Below, piece after piece: positions 1-10,045 of a stretch of 64,000 nt of DNA. A program made the translations under genes and the position numbers. How positions within the stretch are numbered: position 1 is the stretch's first letter; every line of letters starts with the position of its first letter. This DNA comes from an uncultured Gemmatimonadaceae bacterium. GTDB lineage: Bacteria > Gemmatimonadota > Gemmatimonadetes > Gemmatimonadales > GWC2-71-9. The stretch spans positions 12,289-76,288 of the forward strand of contig CAZWXD010000015.1 of NCBI GenBank assembly GCA_964638035.1, given 5' to 3'. The notes beneath the pieces were generated by a model. It was not told the origin of the DNA. It searched no databases and saw only the letters and a list, made by a program, of their open reading frames with translations.

Positions 1-201
1 GCCCAGGATCACCTCGTTCTCGCCTTCCGGGTCGGCGTCGAGGTTCGCGCCCCGCGGCATCGTCGCCTTGAAGCCGGCGGCGATGAGGGGCGTCACGATC
101 ATGAAGATGATCAGCAGCACGAGCATGATGTCGATCATCGGCACCACGTTGGGTTCCGACCGGACCGACGACTGCCCCGCTGCGCCAACTGCCATGCCCA
201 T
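1..201 (-). CDS. exbD: ExbD/TolR-family biopolymer transport protein, N-terminal part (gene runs out of the window)
   Basis: I translated the minus strand from the ATG at 199-201: MGMAVGAAGQSSVRSEPNVVPMIDIMLVLLIIFMIVTPLIAAGFKATMPRGANLDADPEGENEVILG. The V-x-P-MIDxMLVLLIIFM single-TM signature is typical of ExbD/TolR. The gene lies directly downstream of exbB. Confidence 0.8.
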   Translation of the reverse strand, partial: MGMAVGAAGQSSVRSEPNVVPMIDIMLVLLIIFMIVTPLIAAGFKATMPRGANLDADPEGENEVILG

Positions 202-241
202 GTCGATTCACCTTTCCTGGTTTGGGGTTGCCAGCGGCACG

Positions 242-991
242 TCAGCCGCTGATCTGCCCCGCACCCGTGACGGCCTTCTGGGCCTGGAACTCCTTGGTGA
301 AGATCGACCGGCCGAACTCGCTCCCGACGCTCTTGATGAGGTAGTCGATGAGCTCCTTCGAGCCGTACGTCATCTCGACGGTGAGGTTCTCGATCTTGGT
401 CGTGAAGTAGTTGTAGCCCCACACCGCCGGGATGGCCACGAGGAGGCCGAAGGCGGTGGTGATGAGGGCCTCGGCGATACCGGCCGAGATGCCCGCCAGG
501 CCGCCCGACGCACCCTGCTGCGCCATGCCGACGAAGGCATTCACGATGCCCATCGTGGTGCCCAGGAGGCCGACGAACGGGGCCGTGGCGCCGACCGTCG
601 CGAGCACCGGGAGGCCGCGCTTGAACTCGGAGAGGGTGATGAGCATCTGGCGCTCGACCGCGCGCTCGGCCGAGTTGATGTCAGCGGCCGTGATGGTGCT
701 CCGGTCGCGCAGCAGCGGCTTCACCTCACCCAGCGCGCCGCCCACGACCTTCGAGAGGTGGCCCGCCTTGTTCTTCTCCGCCAGCGCCACGGCCTGGTCC
801 AGGTTCTCCTCCTGGATCGCGCGGGAGAGTTGCGGCGCGAACTTCCGCGTCGCCCCCTCGCTCTTCTTGATCTGGACGAGCTTCTGGATCATCACCGTGA
901 GCGAGAAGATGGACATGAAGGCCAGCACGACCACGATCGCCTTGGCGAACCAGCCCATCGTACCCCAGAGATGCAGCAGATCGAGACCCAT
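242..991 (-). CDS. exbB: MotA/TolQ/ExbB proton-channel protein
   Basis: 249-aa ORF with three TM segments. The C-terminal motif LATVGATAPFVGLLGTTMGIVNAF...GLAGISAGIAEALITTAFGLLVAIPA is typical of ExbB/TolQ. It sits between tonB and exbD. Confidence 0.9.
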   Translation of the reverse strand: MGLDLLHLWGTMGWFAKAIVVVLAFMSIFSLTVMIQKLVQIKKSEGATRKFAPQLSRAIQEENLDQAVALAEKNKAGHLSKVVGGALGEVKPLLRDRSTITAADINSAERAVERQMLITLSEFKRGLPVLATVGATAPFVGLLGTTMGIVNAFVGMAQQGASGGLAGISAGIAEALITTAFGLLVAIPAVWGYNYFTTKIENLTVEMTYGSKELIDYLIKSVGSEFGRSIFTKEFQAQKAVTGAGQISG

Positions 992-1048
992 CGTTCGTAT
1001 TCCTCAGGTTGTCGTTGGTTGCACGATTGAATATCGGTGCGCCGTGGC

Positions 1049-1759
1049 TCAGGTGCCCGGCGCCTTGAAGGAAATCCGCTGTTGCACCAACTGGCGCACC
1101 GGCTCGCCCTTGTACCTGGCCGGCCGGAAGACGCTCTTCAGGATCGCCTCCTTGGCCGGCTCGACGAACGCGTCGTGCGTCTTGGCCAGGACCTTGATGG
1201 ACCCCGGCTCCGCGTGCCCCGACACGTCCACCACGAACTGCAGGTCCACCGAGCCGCCAATGCCGGCACTCTGCATGACGGGGGGGAAGCGCGGATCGGG
1301 CCCCGAGATGCGCTGCGCCGGGTCGTCGAGCTGGGACGACAGGTAGACGGTGGACTCCACCGTCACCGGCCCGGTGCCCCCCACGACACCCGCCGCAATG
1401 CCGCCCTCGACACCCTTCCCCGAGAAATCCTTCGGGTCGAAGGGCTTCTGGTTGAGGTCCACCGGCGGAATATCCTTCGGGATGATGTCCGGAGGCACGA
1501 TCGTCTGGAACCCCTTTGGCGGGGGGTTGGCCGAGACAATCACGTCCTGCGGCGGGGGTGGCGGGGGCGGCGGCGTCGGCTCGGGTGGCTTCAGGAACAC
1601 CATGGTGGTGTCGATCGGCCGATCCTTGATCTCCTCGGCCACTCCCGCGGTGGCCTTCACCGCCGCGAAGATGATGAGCCCATGGATGATCAGGGACATC
1701 AACGACTGCCCGAATGACTTTTGCCGCTTGCCGCCTGATTCGATCAGGTTCTCGAACAC
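1049..1759 (-). CDS. tonB: TonB-family energy transducer
   Basis: 236 aa with an N-terminal TM anchor (LMSLIIHGLIIFAAV), a proline-rich spacer (PPEPTPPPPPPPPQ) and a C-terminal TonB_C-like domain (PRFPPVMQSAGIGGSVDLQFVVDVSGH...RPARYKGEPV). Confidence 0.85.
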   Translation of the reverse strand: MFENLIESGGKRQKSFGQSLMSLIIHGLIIFAAVKATAGVAEEIKDRPIDTTMVFLKPPEPTPPPPPPPPQDVIVSANPPPKGFQTIVPPDIIPKDIPPVDLNQKPFDPKDFSGKGVEGGIAAGVVGGTGPVTVESTVYLSSQLDDPAQRISGPDPRFPPVMQSAGIGGSVDLQFVVDVSGHAEPGSIKVLAKTHDAFVEPAKEAILKSVFRPARYKGEPVRQLVQQRISFKAPGT

Positions 1760-1888
1760 GGACGGTCTCCTCCAGCAGGGTGAGCACTACGGGAAGGAAG
1801 GTGCGTGCGGCAAATGGAGGGGTGTTACGCTCCAGATTACAAGTTCATATCAGCGGGATGACATGCTCCGCGCCACTCGGCTCTTTTC

Positions 1889-1908
1889 GCTGTCGCTGTC
1901 GCGACAGC
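1889..1908 (-). terminator. GC-rich hairpin downstream of the kinase/regulator operon
   Basis: GCTGTCGC-tgtc-GCGACAGC forms a perfect 8-bp stem with a 4-nt loop, 5 nt after the stop of the 1913..3394 gene. There is no U-tract on the minus-strand transcript, so this is only a candidate terminator. Confidence 0.35.
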
Positions 1909-1912
1909 CCGG

Positions 1913-3394
1913 CTAGGACGCTGCTTCGTTTCCCGATGAACGCCCTGAAACACCAGTCTCGCCGGCTGGCGGGAGGATCACGGTAAAGGTCGTCCCCCGA
2001 CCCGGCCGGCTCGTGACCCCGATCGACCCCCCGTGGGCCTCGGCAATCCACTTGGTAATGGCGAGGCCCAGCCCGGCCCCAGCCCGGTCGCCCGTCCGCG
2101 ACCGCGCGATGTCGGCCCGCCAGAAACGCTCGAAGACGTGGGGCAGGTCGCCGACGGCGATGCCAATACCGGTGTCACGCACCACGATGGCGCTGCCCGC
2201 CGCGTCAGCCCGAAGCTCGATCTGCACACGACCCCCGGCGGGTGTGTACTTGATCGCATTGGTCACAAGGTTGAGCAGCAGTTCGCGAATGCGGCGCCGG
2301 TCCACGCTGGCGAGCATCGGGGTGTCGGGGATCTGCATCGTGACCGAGACCGAGCCCGGCTCCCCAAGGATGCCCGCGGTCTCCGACGCCTCGGCCACCA
2401 GCTCCCGCAGGTCCAGGTCCTCCACCGCCAGGGGAGCGCGCCCCTCGTCCGCCCGCGCCAGGGTAAGGAGGCTATCCACCAGCTCCGTCATGCGGTTGAC
2501 CTCTTCCAGCGTCTCATCCAGCGCCTCGAGGCTCTCGGTGGGTGCCTTGGGGTGGGTGAGCGCGCGCTCCACGCCAGCGCGGAGCACCATGAGCGGGGTC
2601 TTGAGCTCATGGCTCGCATCGGCCGTGAAGCGCCGCAGGCTCGAGAAGCTCTGTTCCAGCCTGGCGAGCATGCCATTCAGCGTGTGCGCCAGGCGGGCCA
2701 CCTCGTCGCCAGCCAGCGGCACGGCCAGGCGACGGTGCAGGCTCCGCCCGTCGGTGATGGCCTCCAGCTCATCGATGATCCCTTCCACCGGGCGCAGTGC
2801 CCGTGCGGCAAGCCAGTAGCCGGCAAGGGCAGAGGCCAGCAGCACGAGGGGCGCCACGAGCAGCATTGAGCGGAGGAACACCGCGGCGTCGGGGACATTG
2901 CGATCGGTCGGGGTGGCCACCAGCAGGCCGGCAATGGTCGGGCCGGCAGTGCGCAGCGGGGCCACCAGCACCCGCACCGGTCGGCCGCCGGCGAGCCGCA
3001 GCGTCAGGGCCGCCGGCGCCGCCGGCGCCGGGGTGAGCCTGGCGCGCAGCAGCTCGAGGTCGCCAAAAGCGAGGGCAATGGCCGAGTCGGACGCGAAGAG
3101 GAGCTGGCCGGAGGAATCGGCGAGGAGCAGGTAATCCTGCAGTCCCTGGAACCCCGATGCGATGCCGGGGTGGAGGGAAGGCGGCACGCCCGACCCGACC
3201 AGTGTCCCCAGTACGCGGTGTGACTCGGTGAGGTAGTTGGTGGCGAGGTCGCGCTCGCCCGCCAGGCGCTGGTCGAGGGCGTCGAGGCTCGGCTTCCGGA
3301 GTTCCAGGTACACCAACGTCCCGAACCCGGCGAGGGTCAGGATCAGCGCCGCCGCGTAGCCCAGCGCCAGGCGGCGGCGGATGCTCCCCGCCAC
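1913..3394 (-). CDS. Sensor histidine kinase (two TM segments, HAMP, HisKA, HATPase_c)
   Basis: 493 aa. The H-box is FTADASHELKTPL. The ATPase motifs are NLVTNAIKYTP and DTGIGI...GLGLAITKWIAEAHGG. The N-terminus has two hydrophobic segments flanking a periplasmic loop. Confidence 0.9.
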   Translation of the reverse strand: MAGSIRRRLALGYAAALILTLAGFGTLVYLELRKPSLDALDQRLAGERDLATNYLTESHRVLGTLVGSGVPPSLHPGIASGFQGLQDYLLLADSSGQLLFASDSAIALAFGDLELLRARLTPAPAAPAALTLRLAGGRPVRVLVAPLRTAGPTIAGLLVATPTDRNVPDAAVFLRSMLLVAPLVLLASALAGYWLAARALRPVEGIIDELEAITDGRSLHRRLAVPLAGDEVARLAHTLNGMLARLEQSFSSLRRFTADASHELKTPLMVLRAGVERALTHPKAPTESLEALDETLEEVNRMTELVDSLLTLARADEGRAPLAVEDLDLRELVAEASETAGILGEPGSVSVTMQIPDTPMLASVDRRRIRELLLNLVTNAIKYTPAGGRVQIELRADAAGSAIVVRDTGIGIAVGDLPHVFERFWRADIARSRTGDRAGAGLGLAITKWIAEAHGGSIGVTSRPGRGTTFTVILPPAGETGVSGRSSGNEAAS

Positions 3395-3395
3395 G

Positions 3396-4060
3396 TCAGC
3401 CCTTCACCGTGTACCCGACGCCGCGCACGGTGTGGATCAGCTTCCGGTCGTGTCCCGAGTCGATCTTCTTCCGGAGCCGGTTGATCACCACGTCCACGAT
3501 GTTGGTGCCGGGGTCGAAGTGATAGTCCCAGGCGTACTCCGTGATGAGCGTGCGCGACATGACCCGGCCGCGATGCCGCATCAGGTACTCGAGCACGGTG
3601 TACTCCTTCGGCGTCACCTCGATCGCCCGCCCTCCCCGGCGCACCTCGTGGGTCGCCGTGTCGAGCTCGAGGTCGGCCACCTGGAGGGTGGGGCTGCGCA
3701 GCTGCTGCGGCCGGCGGCCCAGCGCCTCGACGCGCGCCAGCAGTTCCTCGAAGGCGAAGGGCTTGGTGACGTAGTCGTCCGCACCCGCGCGCAGCGCATT
3801 GACCTTGAAGTCCACCGCGTCCTGGGCGGTGAGGACCAGGATGGGCACGGTGAGCCCGCGGTCGCGGAGGGTGCGGAGCACCTCGAGGCCGGTCATCTCG
3901 GGGAGCCGGAGGTCGAGGATGATGAGGTCGTAGAGCCCGCCGGAACCCAGCCGGAGCCCCTCGAGCCCGTCCTCGACCAGGTCCACGTGGAAGCGCTGTT
4001 CCTCCAGCCCGCGCTTCACGTACTGGCCCACGGTGCGGTCATCCTCCACCACCAGGATCT

Positions 4061-4064
<4 letters not shown>
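3396..4064 (-). CDS. OmpR/PhoB-family response regulator
   Basis: 222 aa. The receiver domain is MKILVVEDD...DLIILDLRLPEMTG...DDYVTKPF. The winged-helix output domain is LTPKEYTVLEYL...NIVDVVINRLRKKID...IHTVRGVGY. Confidence 0.95.
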
Positions 4065-5566
<1,502 letters not shown>

Positions 5567-5570
5567 TGCG

Positions 5571-5972
5571 CTACGACCCTGCCGTGGGTCCGCGGCCCCG
5601 GTGGGCCACGCCCACGTTGACAATGCGCCAGGCGTCGCCCTCGCGCCGGAAGACAAAGTGCTCCAGCACGTCCGACTGGCTGCCCCTGCCGGGCAGCCGC
5701 GCCGTGACCCATGCTGCCGCCAGGTCTCCTTCCTGCCGGAGGTCGAGGCGCACCACCCGGAGCATGCCCGGATCGGGATCGCCCGATGGATCGGTGATCT
5801 GGGACCGATGGTAGGCGTAGATGAGGTTCTGGATCTCGACCTGGTCGCGCCGGCTCCCGGTGGGCGTGCGGTCTTCAATGGTGCACGCACCCACCACCAG
5901 CAGCCCGGCGAGCCACGCTCGCCGGGCCAGGGATGGTCCACCGGCCCATGCCGCCGGCATCAATGAGCGCAT
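5571..5972 (-). CDS. Small lipoprotein, NTF2/SnoaL-like (hypothetical)
   Basis: 133 aa with a lipobox-like signal (LAGLLVVGAC). The rest resembles DUF4440/SnoaL folds (IQNLIYAYHRS...FVFRREGDAWRIV). The stop lies 4 nt before the kinase start, so it is the first gene of that operon. Confidence 0.55.
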   Translation of the reverse strand: MRSLMPAAWAGGPSLARRAWLAGLLVVGACTIEDRTPTGSRRDQVEIQNLIYAYHRSQITDPSGDPDPGMLRVVRLDLRQEGDLAAAWVTARLPGRGSQSDVLEHFVFRREGDAWRIVNVGVAHRGRGPTAGS

Positions 5973-5997
5973 AGGCCCGTTGGCGAAGGGTGACCGG

Positions 5998-6603
5998 CTA
6001 CTTGCCGTATCGCTTCCCGACTTCGGTCCAGTTGACCACGTTCCACCACGCGGCGACGTAGTCCGGTCGGCGGTTCTGGTACTTGAGGTAATAGGCGTGC
6101 TCCCACACGTCGCAGCCGAGGATGGCCGTGCGGCCCTCCATGATCGGCGAATCCTGGTTGGGGGTGCTCTCGATGGTGAGCGCGCCCTTTGCGTCGGTCA
6201 CGAGCCAGCCCCACCCGCTCCCGAAGCGGCTCCCGCAGGCCTTCTGGAACTGTTCCTTGAATGGCGCCAGCCCGCCGAAGGCCTTGCCGATGGCATCGGC
6301 GAGCTTGCCCTCCGGCTCGCGCGCGCCGCCCGGCGCCATGACCTCCCAGAAAAGGGTGTGGTTCCAGTGCCCGCCGCCATTGTTGCGGACGGCGGTCCGG
6401 ATGGCCTCGGGCACCGCAGCCAGGTTGCCGATCAGGGCATCGAGCCCCCTGGCCTGCAGGGCCGGGTGGGCCTCCAGGGCGGCGTTGAGGTTGTTGACGT
6501 ACGCGGCATGGTGCTTGTCGTGGTGGATCCGCATGGTCTGCTCGTCAATATGCGGTTCCAGCGCGGTGTAGTCGTAGGGAAGTGGCGGAAGCGTGAAGGA
6601 CAT
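5998..6603 (-). CDS. sodA: Superoxide dismutase, Mn type
   Basis: The start was moved to the ATG at 6603 ([32 protein letters not shown]). The motifs [18 protein letters not shown] and [18 protein letters not shown] are present. The GGGH and NQD pattern favours Mn over Fe specificity. Confidence 0.93.
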   Translation of the reverse strand: MSFTLPPLPYDYTALEPHIDEQTMRIHHDKHHAAYVNNLNAALEAHPALQARGLDALIGNLAAVPEAIRTAVRNNGGGHWNHTLFWEVMAPGGAREPEGKLADAIGKAFGGLAPFKEQFQKACGSRFGSGWGWLVTDAKGALTIESTPNQDSPIMEGRTAILGCDVWEHAYYLKYQNRRPDYVAAWWNVVNWTEVGKRYGK

Positions 6604-6736
6604 GGTCAGTTTCCTCGAAAAGTGGTCGAGCGCCACAATATGAGGCACCCGCCGAGGGTGGTCAACGTGTTGACATTGAACCATCTTCGCTCGTTGCATA
6701 CACTTCGGGCCCGAATCCGACCCGACTGGAGGAGCG

Positions 6737-6955
6737 ATGGCCCGCTACCAGGCGCGACTCAAGCCCGAGCACCGGCTTCGATATCCCGACCTCAACCTCG
6801 GTGCGTGGTATGACGTGGTCCCGCTCTTCCCGGGCCTCCGCCAGCGCCGCCTCAACTTCGTGGGCGATCGCGTGGCTCGGCTTCGCGTGTCGGGTGACTT
6901 CAAGGAAGTGCTGTCTGAACACCTGGAGTTCCGGGAGGGTGCCGATGCGTCCTGA
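6737..6955 (+). CDS. Hypothetical small protein (72 aa)
   Basis: Codon third positions are predominantly G/C in this frame. The end overlaps the next gene start by 11 nt, which suggests coupling. I recognised no motif. Confidence 0.4.
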   Translation: MARYQARLKPEHRLRYPDLNLGAWYDVVPLFPGLRQRRLNFVGDRVARLRVSGDFKEVLSEHLEFREGADAS

Positions 6956-7400
6956 GCGACTTGCCACGTTCCTCGGGTTGGCCGCCATCGTGGCCGTGGC
7001 CGCTGGCGCCGCGGCGCCCCATGCAGCCCCCCCGGTGACGGTCACGGTCTACAAGTCGCCGAGCTGCGGCTGCTGCAGCAAGTGGGTGGACCACATGCGC
7101 AGGAACGGGTTCACCGTCACGGTGCACGATGTCGAGGATGTGGCCCCGATGAAGCGCGAGGTGGGGGTGCCCGGATCGCTCGAGTCCTGTCACACGGCCA
7201 TCGTCGATGGCTACGTGATCGAGGGCCACGTGCCGGCCGCCGACGTGCGCCGCCTCCTCGCCGAACGGCCCAAGGTGGTCGGCCTGTCGGTGCCGGGGAT
7301 GGTGACCGGCTCGCCCGGCATGGAGGGTGGCACGGCCGAGGCCTACGACGTGGTGGCGTTCGACGCCAGGGCTGGCACGTCCGTCTTCGCGAAGCACTGA
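6945..7400 (+). CDS. DUF411 (CopG-like) periplasmic metal-binding protein
   Basis: The start was moved to the ATG at 6945 ([25 protein letters not shown], a signal peptide). The protein has the characteristic SPSCGCCSKW motif and HVPAADVRRLL...GLSVPGMVTGSPGME. Confidence 0.8.
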   Translation: MRPERLATFLGLAAIVAVAAGAAAPHAAPPVTVTVYKSPSCGCCSKWVDHMRRNGFTVTVHDVEDVAPMKREVGVPGSLESCHTAIVDGYVIEGHVPAADVRRLLAERPKVVGLSVPGMVTGSPGMEGGTAEAYDVVAFDARAGTSVFAKH

Positions 7401-8545
7401 GGAAACCGGAGCAGGAGCACGGTGGCCGCGATGACCATCGCCACGCTGTAGGTCACCTCGACCTGCAGGGTGGCCACAAGGCCGGCGGCGGCCGCGCCCG
7501 CGGCCACCAGCGCCAGGAGCGCCCCGGCCCGCCGCGGCAGCGGATCGGCGGGCACGGGCAGCACAAGCACCGCCGCCAGGATCGACAGGACAACCCCACC
7601 CCACGCGGCACCGTGGCCCATCCCCACGACCACGATGAACAACCCCAGGGCGGCAGCAAACGAGGCGGGCCTTCCCCGTGCTGCCGCCACGGCACATGCC
7701 AGCACGAGCCACCCCGCCATGAGTGCCCGCCAATGCACCACGCCATCAGGCACGGCTGGCTGCACCACGTGCAGCACGAATGCGGTGGCCACCGGGGCCA
7801 GGAGCGCGGCTGGTTCATCCCGACCAAACGGGAGGACCCCCGCGGTCACGAGTGCGGCCAGGAGGAGCAGGCCCGCGACGATCATGGAGGCATACGGGCT
7901 GAAGGGAACGAGCGGCAGCGCCCGGATACCCAGTCCCACGGGGCCCGCCACCACGAGGGCCAGGACCACCGCTGGCAGCAGGAACGTCGCGGCCAGCACG
8001 GCGCGCATGCGCCACCGGCACCAGGCCAGCAGCAGGACCATGGCGATCGCGATCACCACGAGGTGCCTGAAGAACATCGCCGTGACGCCCAGCAGCACGA
8101 CGCCGGTCCACACCCTGGGCGGAAGGGGTGCAGTCGCGGCACGGACTGCAGGCACCACCAGCCGGCTCGCTCCGAACAGCACCAGGGCCGCCCCCACGCC
8201 GATCACCAGGGCACCGACCGGGAGGCCGCCGGCACGCGCCGACAGGAACGCCACGGCACCAGTGACCAGGAGGACCGGCAACGCACGCAGGCGTACGCCC
8301 GCGCGCATGGCGAGGACGGCCGCGGTCACCATGAGCAGGAGCCCGGTGGCCAGGATGGCCCCGTTGACCAGGAGGAAGCGGGCATCGGCGGTGGGGTGCG
8401 ACGCGAGGACCTGCTCCCGTGCGGCGAGCGCCAGCACCACCGGCGCCACGCCGAGGAGCCCCACGCGGCGCGCCGGTGGATGGGCCAGCAGGAGCGTCAC
8501 CGCCACCAGGAGTATCGCAACCGCGGGAGCGTTGAGGACGGGCAT
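7343..8545 (-). CDS. Polytopic integral membrane protein, function unknown
   Basis: 400 aa, almost entirely A/L/V/G-rich hydrophobic segments (about 10-12 TM). Both antisense ORFs (7082..8572 and 7470..8597) are R/H/G/T-rich nonsense, so this frame is the credible one. Confidence 0.6.
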   Translation of the reverse strand: MPVLNAPAVAILLVAVTLLLAHPPARRVGLLGVAPVVLALAAREQVLASHPTADARFLLVNGAILATGLLLMVTAAVLAMRAGVRLRALPVLLVTGAVAFLSARAGGLPVGALVIGVGAALVLFGASRLVVPAVRAATAPLPPRVWTGVVLLGVTAMFFRHLVVIAIAMVLLLAWCRWRMRAVLAATFLLPAVVLALVVAGPVGLGIRALPLVPFSPYASMIVAGLLLLAALVTAGVLPFGRDEPAALLAPVATAFVLHVVQPAVPDGVVHWRALMAGWLVLACAVAAARGRPASFAAALGLFIVVVGMGHGAAWGGVVLSILAAVLVLPVPADPLPRRAGALLALVAAGAAAAGLVATLQVEVTYSVAMVIAATVLLLRFPQCFAKTDVPALASNATTS

Positions 8546-8577
8546 CGGTCCAAGTCTAGCACGCCCGTATAGGTTGC

Positions 8578-10014
8578 GTGGACTCCCGCACCGGTGAGAC
8601 GCGCCCTGCCCAGCACAAGCGCCTGATGGACCGCAACCCCTGGAAGACGCTCGCGTGCGTGGTGACCGCCGTGTTCATGGTCATCCTCGACACGACGGCC
8701 GTGAACGTGGCGTTTCCCACGCTGCAGCGGGAGTATGGCGCGTCGCTGCAGGCCTCCCAGTGGATCGTGAGCCTGTATGTGCTGGTGCTGGGCATCACCA
8801 CGCCGCTGGCGGGCTGGCTCGCCGACCGCTTCGGGCTCCGCCGCATGTTCCTGCTGGGCATCGTGCTCTTCACCACCGGCTCGGCGCTCTGTGGCCTGGC
8901 GCCGTCGCTGCCGTTCCTCATCGCGGCGCGCGCCATCCAGGCCATCGGCGGCGGGATCACCCAGCCAGCCGGAAGCGCCCTGCTCTTCCGGGCGTTCCCA
9001 CCGGGTGAGATCGGGCGCGCCTTCGGGGTCTTCGGCATGGCGCTCCTGGTGGGCCCCGCCCTCGGCCCCGTGCTGGGCGGCCTGCTGGTAGACATGGGCC
9101 ACTGGCGCTGGATCTTCTTCATCAATGTCCCGTTTGGCTGCGCCGCCTTCCTCGCGGGCCGGCGCTGGCTCGCCGAGTGGCACCGGCCGGAAACGCCGTC
9201 GCTCGACCGCCTGGGCCTGCTGCTCTCCACCATCGGGTTCGGTGCCATCCTCCTCGCGGCAGCCTCGGTGCGGGGCCACGGGCTCACCTCGCCGATGGTG
9301 ACCGGCACGTTCGCCGTCGGCATCGGCGCCCTCGTGACCCTCTGGATCGTGGAGCATCGCTCCACGGCACCGCTCTTCGACGTGGACCTGCTGCAGAACC
9401 CCGTCTTCCTCACCGCCAACCTGGTGGGCTACGTGGGCGTGGTGGGCCTCTTTGCCGCGCAGTTCCTGCTCCCGCTCTTCCTCGAGGCGATCCGGAACCT
9501 CTCGCCGGGACAGGTGGGCCTCGTCCTCCTGGCCCAGCCCGTTGCCGGCGCCATCGCGTCGCCCATCACCGGTCGGCTCTACGATCGCATCGGCCCGCGG
9601 ATCCTGGCGACCATCGGGTTCTTCCTCCTGGCCATCAGCACCTGGCAGCTGGTGCACCTCACAGCCACCAGCAGCCTCGCACACATCCGGTTCATCCTGG
9701 TGCTGCGGGGGCTGGCGTTCGGCATGACCATCCAGACCACGTTCACCACCGCACTCGGCACGGTCGGGCGTGACCGGGTGGCACGGGCCTCGGCGTTCGT
9801 GAGCGCCACGCGGTTCAGCATCCAGGCCGTGTCGATCGCGGTGCTGAGCGCGGTGGTGGGTGGGGGCCTTGCGGGCAGGTACACCCTGCCCGGGTTCGCC
9901 ACCGCCTATGCGGTGACCTTCGTGTTCAGCGTGGCGGCCTGCCTGCTCGCCATGCGCCTGCCGGGGTGGCCGGGCCGGTGGGCGGGTCGGGAAGGCATGC
10001 AGCCAACCTCCTGA
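8578..10014 (+). CDS. MFS transporter, DHA2 (EmrB/QacA-like, 14-TMS) family
   Basis: The motifs are VFMVILDTTAVNVAFPTL and GWLADRFGLRRMFLLG (motif A-like), with about 14 hydrophobic segments. The track ORF starts at the GTG at 8578. The ATG at 8626 (MDRNPWK) is an equally plausible start. Confidence 0.88.
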   Translation: MDSRTGETRPAQHKRLMDRNPWKTLACVVTAVFMVILDTTAVNVAFPTLQREYGASLQASQWIVSLYVLVLGITTPLAGWLADRFGLRRMFLLGIVLFTTGSALCGLAPSLPFLIAARAIQAIGGGITQPAGSALLFRAFPPGEIGRAFGVFGMALLVGPALGPVLGGLLVDMGHWRWIFFINVPFGCAAFLAGRRWLAEWHRPETPSLDRLGLLLSTIGFGAILLAAASVRGHGLTSPMVTGTFAVGIGALVTLWIVEHRSTAPLFDVDLLQNPVFLTANLVGYVGVVGLFAAQFLLPLFLEAIRNLSPGQVGLVLLAQPVAGAIASPITGRLYDRIGPRILATIGFFLLAISTWQLVHLTATSSLAHIRFILVLRGLAFGMTIQTTFTTALGTVGRDRVARASAFVSATRFSIQAVSIAVLSAVVGGGLAGRYTLPGFATAYAVTFVFSVAACLLAMRLPGWPGRWAGREGMQPTS

Positions 10015-10038
10015 CGCCATGACGCCTTGGCGTCGTGG
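10012..10038. repeat. Degenerate mini-copy of the 8-bp TGACGCC-unit palindrome
   Basis: TGACGCCA TGACGCCT TGGCGTCGTGG begins on the TGA stop of the MFS gene. It has two tandem octamers followed by the inverted unit. The unit is the same as in the arrays at 41996..42122 and 48957..49097. Confidence 0.4.
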
Positions 10039-10045
10039 AGCACCC

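Noticed and set aside
5567-5941. N-terminal 125-codon extension of the GAF-PAS kinase ORF
   Set aside because: The extension is W/R/P-rich and completely overlaps the better-supported lipoprotein gene 5571..5972 in another frame. The ATG at 5566 lies 4 nt after that gene's stop.
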